DNA of 64,000 nucleotides from Antedon mediterranea. Lineage: Eukaryota > Animalia > Echinodermata. The DNA is taken from assembly GCF_964355755.1 (NCBI RefSeq), contig NC_092679.1, positions 13,003,432-13,067,431 of the forward strand, read 5' to 3'. Below are positions 11,950 to 24,313 of the stretch, in pieces. Numbering within the stretch: the stretch's first letter is position 1; every line of letters begins with the position of its first letter. Position numbers and translations under genes: made by a program. The notes under the pieces are model-generated. The model ran no database searches. It was not told where the DNA came from and saw only the letters and a program-made list of their open reading frames with translations.

Positions 11950-12720
11950 TTACAGAAAGAAGCACGCACTATTAAGGAAATATTTACCTTCATAGCTTTT
12001 GGCAATGGAGTTTAATGATTTTAAGAATCATAGCACGTGTAAATATAATAGATATAGAAGATTCATCAAGGAACTTAATATCAGCTTTATTAAAATTAGG
12101 ATCCGAAGAGTGCCTTCAATTTATAGAGCACACAAAAATCAATGAACACAATTCTGACCGACAACATTGCAATATCTGCCAGAAAATGACACCCATTATA
12201 AAAAAACGCAGACATTTCTAGAAATCTATACCAATAAGACAGAGACAGGCCAAAAGATGGTAATGATGTAATAGTTTCTGTGGACATGCAGAAAATAATT
12301 ATGTTTCCAAAATTGTCTGGATATAAACACGTTCATGTCTGCTGACGCATTCCATCATCAAATTGAGTTGGAATGAAAAAGTCCAATATTTCTTTAAGAT
12401 TGTTAATAATGCAGGAAAAGCAGGTAGGATGACTTATACCGACTTCTTCGCATACAAAAATGAAAAAGGACCGAGTAAATCGTTAGTAACACCAAAACTT
12501 CATGATGTTAAAGAACAAAGCAAAATTATATTGGAAACGTGAATATATGGATACTAGTTATATGTCTGGAGAGTTTTAAAATAAAAACACATTACAAAAT
12601 ATCGTAAATCGAACCTATTTACCTGAACCTCTAAAAGAACCAAGAGGAATTCCACAAATTTAAAAAAATGACAACATAATAAAGAAATTGATTCCACTAC
12701 TGGAGACGTACGCGACCTGA
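11950..12720 (+). mobile_element. Sola-type DNA transposase relic
   Basis: KLGSEEC...CNIC; SVDMQKIIMFPK; TFMSADAFHHQIE. Confidence 0.5.
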
Positions 12721-12879
12721 TAGATAACGCATAAATATATCAAATACAAAACTTGTATAATGCTTAAAGCAATAATATGCATCAAAACATAAAATGCAAC
12801 AACGTTTAAAAATGGAAGGAGAAGTTCTGAGATTGAGGACTTAAGTTCGTATAAACATAAAATACATCGTAGTGCTTTG

Positions 12880-14920
12880 AAACCAGATGATTGTTGGTTG
12901 TGCAGCTTTTGTCAGACAGAAACAAAAGAGAAAAGAAATCTAGTTACGATAAAGTAATCAAAGCTGCTGCAAATGATTACACACGTTGCAATGTAAACTA
13001 GCATTAGTCAACGATTTGCCAGCAGCAAACACAAGATACTATCTTAAATGTTATGTTACATTTCTGAGAAAGCATACCCAACAACGCCACCATATGCATT
13101 AAGAAAATTGCAGATGACAGACTGCACACTTTTACATGATACACGCAACTTCTCTCTGATTTCCAAGTTGATACTGGCAGTTACAAGGATCACAAGTCAT
13201 GGTTTACAGCCTGCTTTATGGAAATGTGGAGTTTGTTGCACAACTTGACCCTTATCAGCCAAAACTAATATTTCCGTCGGTTAATATTTCCTTCAAAACT
13301 GTTATTCAGACAAACACATGACCATGCAATATCAAATCAGGAACTACACAGTAGCAAATTCAAGACACATAAGAGGGACTAGCTTTACATCATAGCGCTA
13401 CGTATCAGAACTAAACTTAAATCATTACCACGTTTTACCAATTGAAAAAGATTCAATCCTGATAATGTAGCTAAGCTAGTTCCCAAAACATTATACATGT
13501 TTCTCAGTTTAGTACTTTCTGGTGAAGCAGCTGAAACAGAAGATGATGGTTACATTAGAAGATTATCTGCTAGTATTAGCCAAGATCTTACACCAAAGAA
13601 TTTAGGGATCGGAATAGCTATCCATCAAGCAACAAGATCCAGACGACTAGTAAATCTTATTCACAGCAAAACACTGCGTGTAGACACTGCATTAATACAG
13701 CATGCAATTGAGTTCCTCCCTCCAACGAGCACATATTTGTTCCAATACATGGATATGGTGTCTGTCCTGTTGAAATTTATTCGTGCAGAAAGAACAGGAA
13801 ACTGGAAGATGAATCTCTCTGCATTTGATAGAATGTTCCCATGGTTTGCAGTTTATGATCATGTAAACTATGTACAATGGAGCACTGCATATTATGCTCA
13901 TCTGCTTGATAAGACAAATCCAGATGTATATAAGCAATTTATGAATGGCAATGTTTTGGTCAAAACAACAAACAAATCATTTTGAGATCAGCACTAACCA
14001 GGCGTTGGAACATGTTAACAAAGTAGAGAAAGTAGCAGGTGGTTTAATTTGTATTACCAGAACAGATGAACGTTATGTCTAACCAGAATTAATTAGTATT
14101 GCCACGAAAGATATTGCCACATCATATATTACTGACGCTTTTCTCTCTCTCTTTTTAACCTAATAATATTTTTATAAATCTATAGGGTTCCTTGTCTGAA
14201 GTACATGAGTTTAGACATTAAGATAATATAATAATATTATGTCAAAAAATAAAATGGTCGAACTTGGGCTATTTTTCATTTTATCGAAAGGTATCTAATC
14301 AAAATTATATCGACTTTTAAAAATAATCTTGAGTAACATTCTGTGCATGTAAATTATGATTTAGGAACCAGTTGTCAAAACAAAAGGAGTCGAAATGCTG
14401 CAATCTATTATAGATAATTGTATTCTCGAAAATGACTAAATATCTACTGTTGTATGAGGTACAGTACTGTAACATGTGCAGAACTCCTTATGTAACTTTT
14501 CATAGAAGTAATAAGGCATCAAAGTAAACTGAAGAAATATTGGCCTCAAAGAAATGTTGCTTGTTCACAACTAAATTTTAAATTTTACCACTCCATGATA
14601 TCTGCATTTCCAGCACTCCATGCACAAACTGGATGTGATACAATCAGCAAGATATCAACTAAACTTTGAGCTCTAAATCATGTCTGCAAACAAGAAAATG
14701 CATTTGGTTGTAAATTGGCAGAGAAATGCAGGTGTCTGAAACAATTAACAGACCTAAAGACATTCGATGACCTACGTGTCGCCTCATTTAATAGCAATGC
14801 CCTTAAGGTAGACTTAAATTAAATTACCTTGTTCTTCAACGAAATGCTAGAAAACATATCCATATAACCTTTTACCAACAGCAACTTTGTGTTCAAGCTC
14901 CATTCAAAGGTGCCACATTG
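12880..14920 (+). mobile_element. Academ (AcademX) transposase and XPG-like nuclease relic with internal deletions
   Basis: TPKNLGIGIAIHQATRSRRLVN; FIRAERTGNW...DHVNY; NQALEHVNK..KVAGGL; PALHAQTGCDTISKI; TFDDLR...LPCSST. Confidence 0.65.
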
Positions 14921-17449
14921 AATTGAAAGAAGGCACCATCTCGAATTGGTTTGGGATCGGTTGCAAGGAGAGCAGAGGAGGTAAGGCGAATGGAAGAATT
15001 GAAAAAAAAAAGGAGTTAAGTTCTTACGAAAAAGCAGGAAACTGAAAAAAGATTGTTAAATCTCTAAACTTCAACAAGAAAAAAATGCTATTGCTACAGA
15101 GATGGCAAGAGAGAAGCTTCTGAAAGAGGTGAGGGTAGAAGGGTAAGCTCAGAAATTGGCGGTATCTGGCAGAAAAACCAAATTGAAGCTAAGAACAAGT
15201 TTGAAATAAGGATGCACACGGTATACACCAAGCCTGGAAAATCCCGTAAAATGAGGAGGAAATAATCAGAGGAATTAATCTAACCAAGATTGATGCTGTT
15301 GATTGGGAATAATACCCAAGCTACATATGCTCCCAGTGAAGTAAGAACATGACCTCACGGTAGTACTTATGCTACAAGTAGGCCTACCCTATTTAGATGG
15401 GTAGCACGAGGAGTTATGAAACCCATGGATTCAAGCACAAGCAAATCTGTAAATATGGAGAAGGTATATTATATTAAAAGTTTAAGTTACGACTTCCCGG
15501 AGCGGAGCGAGGAATAGACGACAAAAGAGAGTGAACAGCAGAAGAATTAGAATTTATGAGGATAATGAATGATTCAAGCCAACAAATTGATAGCCACTAT
15601 CAACTTGATCTATCGTTAAGAGATTAAAAGATACAGCTTAATTTTAAGATGGCAAAAAAAGTGTTTGAAGAGCCTTCAAAAGAAAAATGGTAGACACAAA
15701 AACAATATTCAGTTATCCAACAGAACAGGTTCAAATAAACCAGACGCAGTATGGAATAAGCTCAAGTCTACATTGGAGATCCAACGATGTTGTAAGTACA
15801 CGTACTTAAGAATGAAACGCTACCGACGAATTTACTGGCTCATTTATGCTGTATTACAGCCTTTATTTCTTCATATATCTCTAACCTCTAATCTCTAGCC
15901 GTAAATTACTGAAAACAAACAAGTAATAGCAATCAGCAAATACAACCTCAAACTGAGGTAAATACAACATTAAAACTTAGGAAGAGAACAATGACGTATC
16001 TCAACCATACATGACGTAATCTATGCTTCGTCAAGCGGAAGGACCGCTCAGATGTGCACAACACACCATGACGTGCAGCTAACTGTGTGATACATGATGC
16101 AAATTTGCATGTCTTAAATAGACTAAATAACTATAAAGTAATCTTAAAGTTCACGTCATAACTTCTACAATCATTCTGCTATCAGTAAACGTAATGATAA
16201 TAATCAGTAAATAACAATTTAAATAAACAATGTAAACAAACAAACTGAGGGCATAAAGGTGGGCTCCACAGAACAGCGACACCCATGACAACCTGCTCCG
16301 GCCATGCCACTCCAACCCTCCATGCTCTAGGCGGCGAGTCTAAACGACCTCGCCATCTAAATAATGCCAATCTGCCTAAGCAAGAAGGAGTCACGAATAT
16401 TAAATGTATCATAACTAAAGCTAAAAAACATCTATAACAAAGCATTACCGGTTCCGGTATCGTAGCTCAAATTCAACATAACAACTTTGTTGATTATTAT
16501 GTCCTCTAAACAAACAATTAATTATCACGTTCTCATATCTGTCCAAAAGGACCCGCACGATGGCGCTATACAAATTAACCTACTGATTAGAAATCAGTAC
16601 AGATGTATTTAACATGGTTGTTTGAAGCTATTATGGAGAAGACAAACGAGAAGTTGGAGAAAATTCAAATACAATTGAGGGCGCTTCATTGCTGCCTTTG
16701 GAAGCTAATTTATACTTCACCTTCTCTCGGCTCGAATCATCTGCATAGGCATGTATACCTGTTTTTAAAGAACTACTTCCGGTTCAAACCCCTGATCTAC
16801 GGCCTCTTCCCAAAACTGCATGACGATAGTCAAGTTGAAGGTATTACAAGAAGAAGAATACACTTGTACTGGTACTGGTTCAAATAACCGTCTCACAGAG
16901 ACATCTGGTAGCCATTGACTTGAAGTTGGCATTTGGATGTGTTACTTTTAAATGTAGGCCTACAGTATGAGAGTGACTACTACCAAATTACACAGTCACA
17001 AAACAACTTATAAAACAGTTCATATATACAGTTAAAACATTGCTGGGAATTATAAATTTCTGTTGAAGCAGGCTCTAATGAAGTTGCATCTAGAGTAAGT
17101 TGACTTTGTTGTACAACTCTATCAAGTACTGATGGTATCTTCCGACCTCTTCGTTTACTTTGTAAGTAAGCTTAACATTTATATAATAGCGATACCGTCT
17201 TATGGTTTCTGATAAAGAAGATAGATGTAAGACTAAGATATATCCATGATAGAAATGTCAACTGTCTGAGTCAACTGTCACCATGTGCACAGTCGCACAG
17301 GCATGACAGGTCCGAATTGCGCCTCCATTCATTCGGTCGTAATATCAGCAAGGACAGATCACGCCTTTACTATTTGAGCAGGATGATACATGCCTCCTTG
17401 ATATGGGTCATGGTCAGCCGTCACCAATGGAAAAAATTTGAAATGGCTC

Positions 17450-18360
17450 AAAGTAAAGTATCCAACAAGCCAATTAAAGACGTTTTATGTACAACTTCTA
17501 GGCCTAAATCTCCAGCAACAGTTGACTTTTTACCAAATCAACTGGCAATCATAAACGATATAGGATTTTTATGTTGCAAGATACTATGAGAGATGTTAGG
17601 TCGGATTCTTAGTCTCGATCAAGAGCCAGCATTAGGACACCTCATAAGAGACAGCGTTCGGGAAGCTCTTCGTCGGAGTCTAAGGATACCTTTAGACAAC
17701 GAAGACGTAGTCGGGTCTCCAAGCGACCAACTTCACCAACTGGAACATACCAGCAAAAAAGTGAGGATGCCTTGATAAGTAAATTGAACCCGGACGGTAG
17801 CTCAAGTTATGTACTATTAATTAAACCACATGAAGTGCCTAAAGGTACATCATACAACAAAGATATTCTGTTATGGTGGAGAGAACAAAGAATACATATC
17901 CGAGACCAATAAAAAAAAGATGAAATTTTGAAGAAAATAAAACCCAAATAAATCGACACTAAATAAAAGGAATTTCAAACATGAAAAACTGATAATACAA
18001 TCTGGTCAATCGAGGAAGACATGCTTAGAGCATCGATGCCATTAATCAAGGCCTTGGAAAAGATAAGTGAATCACAAGATAGTGAAGTGAAATCACTACT
18101 ATCAACAACAGGCACTATTTTGGGTTCAGCTGTCCAGTGTATGTCAGTTTTTAGACAACGCCAAGCAGAACCTTTTTTGAAAATGCTAGTGTACAACTTC
18201 CCTCTTTTACTAAATTCTCTGCAAAAATCATCGGACACATCGGCAAGAGATCAAATGATTTGATTGTTCAAAAAATTGTTAACGTGACCGAATATCTTAA
18301 GTTTGGTGTCGAATGCAGCCAAGTGCTGGTCAGCCAATTGCTTAAACGGCACCCCAGTCG
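17450..18360 (+). mobile_element. Degenerate DIRS-like gag (ORF1) relic
   Basis: Helical ORF pieces (LRASMPLIKALEK...GTILGSA...RQRQAEPFL) resembling DIRS1-group gag; heavily decayed. Confidence 0.3.
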
Positions 18361-19518
18361 AGTGGGCATGCATTTAATGACGCAGTAGTGGATAATATTC
18401 GCCAACTAAAGTCTATTTACGCAAATGATGCCGTGGTGACCTATTGGAAACACAGAGAGCTATGGATGGTGTACATCTCAGCAGACATTCCACTCAAGAA
18501 CGATCGTCGGGGATGTATCGGTATGCACGGAACGTCCGTAAGGCTGTTTTGCACGCCAGGAACGTTACGAGGCCAGTTTATATTATACATTAGTATTTAT
18601 TTGCTATATCATCATACTTTTGTACTAACTTTGCCTTCGGGCGATTTACTTGTTTACTTGTTTCCGGAGCTCAGCAATGCTGGGTCCGGAGTCGAGGCTA
18701 GGCTATGCCTATAAGCCCCTCTTGATAATTATATCAACTCTTGAATATGGCGCAAATTTAAGAGGGTGGTTGGACCATGCCCGTTCAAGACCGGACTTAA
18801 ATTGATAGGTTGATCTTGAAGCTACTACATCCTCCGATAACGAATTCCATAATATAATAGCTTTTCGACCAAATGAGTCCCTCATCCAATTTGTGCGTGA
18901 GAACTTAAATTTTAATTTAAAAGAATGACCACGTGTTCTAACATCTTCATCACGCTAAAAAAAGAATCAGCAGAAATACTATCCACTCCATGTAAAATTT
19001 TAAAAATCTGTATCAAATGAGCTCTTTGCCTTCTGTATGCGAGAGTAGGTAGGTTGAGAATTTTCAGCCTTTCTGAATAAGGTAAATGACGAATGGAAAA
19101 AATCAGCTTGGTGGCACGTTCTTGGACTTTTTCCAATAGGTCTTCCTCCTTACAATGTAGCGAGTTAAAAACAACGTTGCAGTATTCCAAGGTCGGACGA
19201 ATAATAGCTTTATATAAACGAAGAAACCCATCCATATTTAAAAACTTGAAAGCTCGATATACCATGCCCAACTTCCGATTTGCTCTCATTGCTACATCTG
19301 CCACATGTACATTAAAAACAAGTTTAGAGTCAATAGTAACACCGAGGTCTTTTTCATGATCAACTTCATTCAATAAGAAACCACGCATGGCATACAGATG
19401 TTTGTTGTTTTTCATCCCAAAGTGCATTACTTTGCACTTACCCTCGTTAAAAGGTAATTGCCATTTGTCAGACCAGTCACATGCTTTCTCTAAATCTTCT
19501 TGTAGGACTTGAGCATCA

Positions 19519-19684
19519 TGTAGTAATATCATATGTGTATGCTGCCCCCAACCATATAACCATAGCAACGCTACTGCGCACTAAGGGCAGTTCTGATACA
19601 ACGCCATGTTTGAAAATAATACCAATTAATAGATATATATTAAACATCAAAATAATAAGTAAAACGTGTCTGACAATCATTAAA
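19519..19684 (+). repeat. 5' LTR
   Basis: TGTAGTAATATC...GACAATCATTAAA, direct repeat of 24148-24313. Confidence 0.95.
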
Positions 19685-19697
19685 TGGTGGCAGCGGT
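19685..19697 (+). promoter_or_regulatory. Primer-binding site complementary to tRNA-Leu 3' end
   Basis: TGGTGGCAGCGGT directly after the LTR, complementary to ...ACCGCTGCCA-CCA of metazoan tRNA-Leu(AAG/TAG). Confidence 0.85.
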
Positions 19698-19915
19698 ATA
19701 TTGTGAAATAACAAGGAATAGAACTCCTGTAAGTAATCTTAGTGCACTTACAGTTACGTGACATATTTTTGATTTCCGAGCAACAAGCCTCGCCGTAAAA
19801 AACACTCGTGTCCGTCCAACAACAGCAGCGCCGTTTGTAGGCGAATCACCATCACCGTTTTAGCGTGATAATTGCTCTGGTGGCTTAGGCTAGGCCGTAC
19901 GTAACAATAATCAAT

Positions 19916-22900
19916 ATGTCATCTAAAATGCCCAAGATGGATTGGGATGCAAGAGACCTGGCAGAGAGTCTCCGTGCGTTTAAAGCACGCATGAATTTAT
20001 ATATTGAAGACCACAATGTAACACTGGATGAGAAAAAAGCAACAAAGATTAAACTTGCTTTTGGTGATGAAGGTATGAAGAGAATTTTATCATCTGGGTT
20101 GTCTGATGCAAACCAAAAGGTACCCAAAGAAATATGGACCTTGTTTGAGCAGCAACTAGATGCGTCTGTCAAGATAAATTTTAGAGTTCATAGGTTAGAG
20201 TTTTCAACCTATAGGCAAAAGACAGATGAGCCCATCAGTGATTATGTTGCGCGTCTACGTGAAAAAGCATCAAAATGTTCTTTTAAAAAGGATGAACTAA
20301 ATGAGCGATTGATCGAAATGGTAGTGTTGTCCACACCATTCGAAGATTTTCGTAAGGAACTGCTTACAAAACCGGAGAAATATCCTGTTGCGCAAGTTAT
20401 TGAGCGTGGTCGTGAATATGAAGCAATCAGTGCATCTAATTGCACAATAAAGAAGATGCAGGATCAACAACAACCACCGACAGTAATTGCTCATTCAATG
20501 AAAACGAAGTATGAACGAAAATGTCGAAATTGCGACCGAAGTCATGAACCACGAAAATGTCCAGCATGGGGAGACACTTGTAGAAATTGTGGAAAAATGA
20601 ATCATTGGAAAGTATGCTGTAAATCGCAATCCACATTTAAATCGCAACAATCCACATCTAAAGCTAAAGGTAAATTACATAATCGTTCTCGACACAACAA
20701 CTTTCAAAATCAAAAACGAAAGATGCATGCTGTAGATGAAAATGAACATCATGAGTTAGGCAGCTTAACATTATACGATAGTGTTTTTCTCGACGCTCAA
20801 AGACAAAATAAAAACAATGAAGTTTTTACAAACTTGCACGTACATCATGACGACATACTTTCTAAGGGACTGATCCACTTAAAAGTCGACAGTGGAGCCA
20901 GTGGAAATACGTTACCACTGAGAATATTTAAGAAAATGTTTAAAGAACAATCAGTTGACATTAAGCAAGATTACACTGATCTGTATTCATACAGTGGGCA
21001 TAAAATTAAGTATCTTGGTTCGATAAATCTAGGACTACAACGAACAGATAGTGAAAAGATTTCTACACATAGGTTCCATGTTGTTGACGTAGATGGTCCA
21101 GCATTAATTGGAAAGAAATCTAGCGAATGCATGGAGCTAATTACATTTGATGAGCACATGACATATGATGCTGTTACTACGACATCCACATTATTTGATC
21201 ACACGTCAGTTAAACCAATAAACACAGTCGAAGATTTGAAATGGAATTTTCCTGAATGTTTTGATAAAGTTGGATGTTTTAAAGAGCCAGTAGATCTCCA
21301 TCTGATACCAGATGCAGAACCTTACATCGACGCTCCACGACGTTGTTCAATTCACATGAAACCAAAGATTAAAGCTGAGTTGGATAAAATGGAATTTGAA
21401 GGTATAATCCGAAAAGTAACAGGGCACACAGACTGGTGTTCTTCGCTCACATATGTAACGAAAAGCGATGGTAGTCTACGTGTTTGCCTCGATCCCCGAC
21501 GATTAAACGCAGCTCTGAAAAGATGCCCAAGAAAAATCCCTACTGTGGAAGAATTAAACCCAAACTTTGCTAAGGCTAAATTCTTCACCAAGCTTGATGC
21601 GAAGGCAGCATATTGGAGCGTGAAACTTGCAGACAAGTCACAACTGCTCACGACTTTCCGAACGCCTTTCGGTCGCTATTGTTTTACGCGACTTCCATAT
21701 GGCTTAGCGAGCTCCCAAGACGAATTTCAGGAGAAAATTGGAGAACTTTTAGACAAATGCGAAGGTGCAGTAGGTATAGCAGACGATATTATTGTGTATG
21801 GTACATCCGAACATGAACATGACCGAAACCTGTTAGAATTCATGAAATTGGCAAAGGACTATGGCCTTGCTCTTAACTCTAAAAAATGCCTGGTAAAGAC
21901 AAACAGAATTAATTTTTTTGGACGCATATACACAGACGAAGGTATCCTACCTGATCCAGAGAAGATAGAGGATATTTATGAAATGCCAGAACCCCGTGAC
22001 AAGCGAGAACTTCAACGCTTTATTGGCATGGTTACATTTATGTCAAACCATATTCCTAACTTGTCTAATAAACTGGCAAGTTTACGTGACCTTCTAAAGG
22101 AAGATGTTCCATTTGATTGGGACGAAAATTACCAAAAGAGTTACAAAGCGGTTAAGCAAGCGGTCGCAGACGGCGTATGTTTAAACTACTACGACCAGAC
22201 AAAGCCAGTGACTTTGGAAGTTGACGCTTCAGGCAGAGGTTTAGGTGCTACATTGATGCAGGATAATCGTCCAATCGCATTTGCTAGTAAAACACTAACG
22301 CCGACGCAATCAAATTACAGTAATATTGAACGTGAATGTCTTGGTGTAGTTCATGGCATCGAGAGATTTCACCACTACCTTTTTGGACGAAAATTTGAAA
22401 TAATTACTGATCACAAACCACTCGAAGTGATAGTGAAGAAACCATTGTGTGCGGCACCACCCAGATTGCAGAGAATGCTAGTCAAGATAATGGGATACGA
22501 TTTTGATCTAAAATATAGACCAGGTTCGCAGATGATCGTATCGGACGCACTCTCTAGACTTCCAAACACAGAAAACAATAAGGACATTGAATTGGCAATA
22601 AGTGTAGATTCTGTACACATTGACCTCATAAACTTCTCACCAAGCAAAAGAAAGCAACTAAGAGAGGAAACTGAGCGTGACAGAACACTTCATTGTCTTA
22701 GCCAAGTTATTTATACTGGATGGCCAAATGAAATGAAGGAATTGCCAACAGAACTTCGAAATTTTTGGAGTTACCGAGATCAACTTGCAATAGAAGATGG
22801 AGTCATTTTCAAAGGAAGACAGGTTATAATTCCAGAAATGATGAGAAACGATATTCTAAAGCAACTTCACGAATCACACCAAGGTGTGGAAAAGACACGA

Positions 22901-23728
22901 AAGCTGGCTCGTGAAAGCGTATACTGGCCGAAAATAAACACAGACATCGATGAAATTTGCCAGAACTGTCAGATTTGTCAGGAATATCAACCACAACAAG
23001 CAAAGCAACCTATGATTATGCATGAAAAACCCTCTAAACCATGGATAAAGCTCGGGACTGATTTATTTGAGATTGGAAACAAGAACTTTCTTCTAATCAG
23101 CGACTACTACAGCAGATACCCTGTTGTAAAACTACTTGGATCTACAACTGCACGATCTGTAATTAACACAACAAAGGAGGTACTAAGTTTATTTGGAAAT
23201 TGTTCTGAAATATTCTCCGATAATGGTCCTCAATTCCAGCGAGAGTATGATGAATTTTGCGCTGAATGGGGCATTGATCATACCACGAGTAGCCCAGGAG
23301 ATCCTCAGTCAAACGGGTTCATTGAGCGACAAGTTCGTTACATAAAACCCATCATAAAAAAATGTTTAAAAACCGGCGGAGATATTAACAAAGCACTGTT
23401 GAATGTTAGAGCTACACCATTGGACACAGGTGTACCAAGTCCGGCTGAACTGATGTTTAATCGACCTATACCAACATTAACACCAAGTCGTCAAGCAGCA
23501 AACAACTCGCAACAAGAAGAATATTGTAGAAAACTGCAACAAGCTACGCAGCGACAAAAAGAATATGCAGATAAAAACACTCATGAACTCCCACCTATTC
23601 CTGATGGAAGCAATGTTCGAGTTTATTTATTTTTATTTTCCACAAAGCAATGGAAACCTGCGACGACTGTGGAAAAGTGTGTCCAACCAAGATCATATAT
23701 TATACAAGCGGAAATGGAAATCTGCTGA
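19916..23728 (+). CDS. Gag-Pol polyprotein (zinc knuckles, protease, RT, RNase H, integrase)
   Basis: 1270-aa ORF: CRNC..H...C / CRNCGKMNHWKVC, LKVDSGA, IADDII, VDASGRGLGA, HESHQG..CQIC, GTDLF/SDNGPQF/QSNGFIER. The C-terminus continues after a 1-nt frameshift (~23712) to 23916 (RRNRVHL...TRSKRSVKPPTRL). Confidence 0.97.
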   Translation: MSSKMPKMDWDARDLAESLRAFKARMNLYIEDHNVTLDEKKATKIKLAFGDEGMKRILSSGLSDANQKVPKEIWTLFEQQLDASVKINFRVHRLEFSTYRQKTDEPISDYVARLREKASKCSFKKDELNERLIEMVVLSTPFEDFRKELLTKPEKYPVAQVIERGREYEAISASNCTIKKMQDQQQPPTVIAHSMKTKYERKCRNCDRSHEPRKCPAWGDTCRNCGKMNHWKVCCKSQSTFKSQQSTSKAKGKLHNRSRHNNFQNQKRKMHAVDENEHHELGSLTLYDSVFLDAQRQNKNNEVFTNLHVHHDDILSKGLIHLKVDSGASGNTLPLRIFKKMFKEQSVDIKQDYTDLYSYSGHKIKYLGSINLGLQRTDSEKISTHRFHVVDVDGPALIGKKSSECMELITFDEHMTYDAVTTTSTLFDHTSVKPINTVEDLKWNFPECFDKVGCFKEPVDLHLIPDAEPYIDAPRRCSIHMKPKIKAELDKMEFEGIIRKVTGHTDWCSSLTYVTKSDGSLRVCLDPRRLNAALKRCPRKIPTVEELNPNFAKAKFFTKLDAKAAYWSVKLADKSQLLTTFRTPFGRYCFTRLPYGLASSQDEFQEKIGELLDKCEGAVGIADDIIVYGTSEHEHDRNLLEFMKLAKDYGLALNSKKCLVKTNRINFFGRIYTDEGILPDPEKIEDIYEMPEPRDKRELQRFIGMVTFMSNHIPNLSNKLASLRDLLKEDVPFDWDENYQKSYKAVKQAVADGVCLNYYDQTKPVTLEVDASGRGLGATLMQDNRPIAFASKTLTPTQSNYSNIERECLGVVHGIERFHHYLFGRKFEIITDHKPLEVIVKKPLCAAPPRLQRMLVKIMGYDFDLKYRPGSQMIVSDALSRLPNTENNKDIELAISVDSVHIDLINFSPSKRKQLREETERDRTLHCLSQVIYTGWPNEMKELPTELRNFWSYRDQLAIEDGVIFKGRQVIIPEMMRNDILKQLHESHQGVEKTRKLARESVYWPKINTDIDEICQNCQICQEYQPQQAKQPMIMHEKPSKPWIKLGTDLFEIGNKNFLLISDYYSRYPVVKLLGSTTARSVINTTKEVLSLFGNCSEIFSDNGPQFQREYDEFCAEWGIDHTTSSPGDPQSNGFIERQVRYIKPIIKKCLKTGGDINKALLNVRATPLDTGVPSPAELMFNRPIPTLTPSRQAANNSQQEEYCRKLQQATQRQKEYADKNTHELPPIPDGSNVRVYLFLFSTKQWKPATTVEKCVQPRSYIIQAEMEIC

Positions 23729-24147
23729 GACGAAATCGCGTACATTTGAGGAAGGTACCTCAACAAAATGCCCAAATCAATGGTAGCACAGCACCTGAGA
23801 ATGTTGTACCAACCTGGCAACCGATAGACCAAAATCCGTCTATTCTGAATATGAGTAACACGCGCTCTAAGAGAAGTGTGAAACCTCCTACGCGTTTAAT
23901 TGAAACAAAAGAGTGATTTTGGACTGTAACGTGATCTACAAGTTTAAAATGTATGTTCAATACCACTGATTGTTAAAGTTGCAGTTCTAGGAAGTTATGA
24001 AACAAGTTGTGTTTGAAGTTTTTATTTTTGAACATTTGAACGTTTATAGTTAATACAGTTTGGAACTTTTTGGACAATTACGGACACCGAAATAAATAAC
24101 TCTTAGCTATTATTAACCATATTATACTGTTATAAAAAACAGGGGGA

Positions 24148-24313
24148 TGTAGTAATATCATATGTGTATGCTGCCCCCAACCATATAACCATAGCAACGC
24201 TACTGCGCACTTAGGGCAGTTCTGATACAACGCCATGTTTGAAAATAATACCAATTAATAGATATATATTAAACATCAAAATAATCAGTAAAACGTGTCT
24301 GACAATCATTAAA
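24148..24313 (+). repeat. 3' LTR
   Basis: Preceded by PPT aaaaaacaggggga; matches the 5' LTR. Confidence 0.95.

Larger units (their letters stand above)
19519..24313 (+). mobile_element. Full-length Gypsy/Ty3 (Mag-like) LTR retrotransposon
   Basis: 166-bp LTRs 19519-19684 and 24148-24313 (2 mismatches); 5-bp TSD CATCA at 19514-19518 and 24314-24318; PBS 19685-19697; PPT 24134-24147. Confidence 0.97.

Noticed and set aside
14930-15660. Possible decayed gag-like coding sequence
   Set aside because: Only low-complexity charged peptide with many stops; no diagnostic motif
15788-16169. Possible solo LTR (TG...CA, AATAAA on the minus strand)
   Set aside because: No target-site duplication or second copy in the window
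20242-23966. Multiple short antisense or alternate-frame ORFs over the Gypsy and LINE sequences
   Set aside because: Shadows of the main retroelement frames
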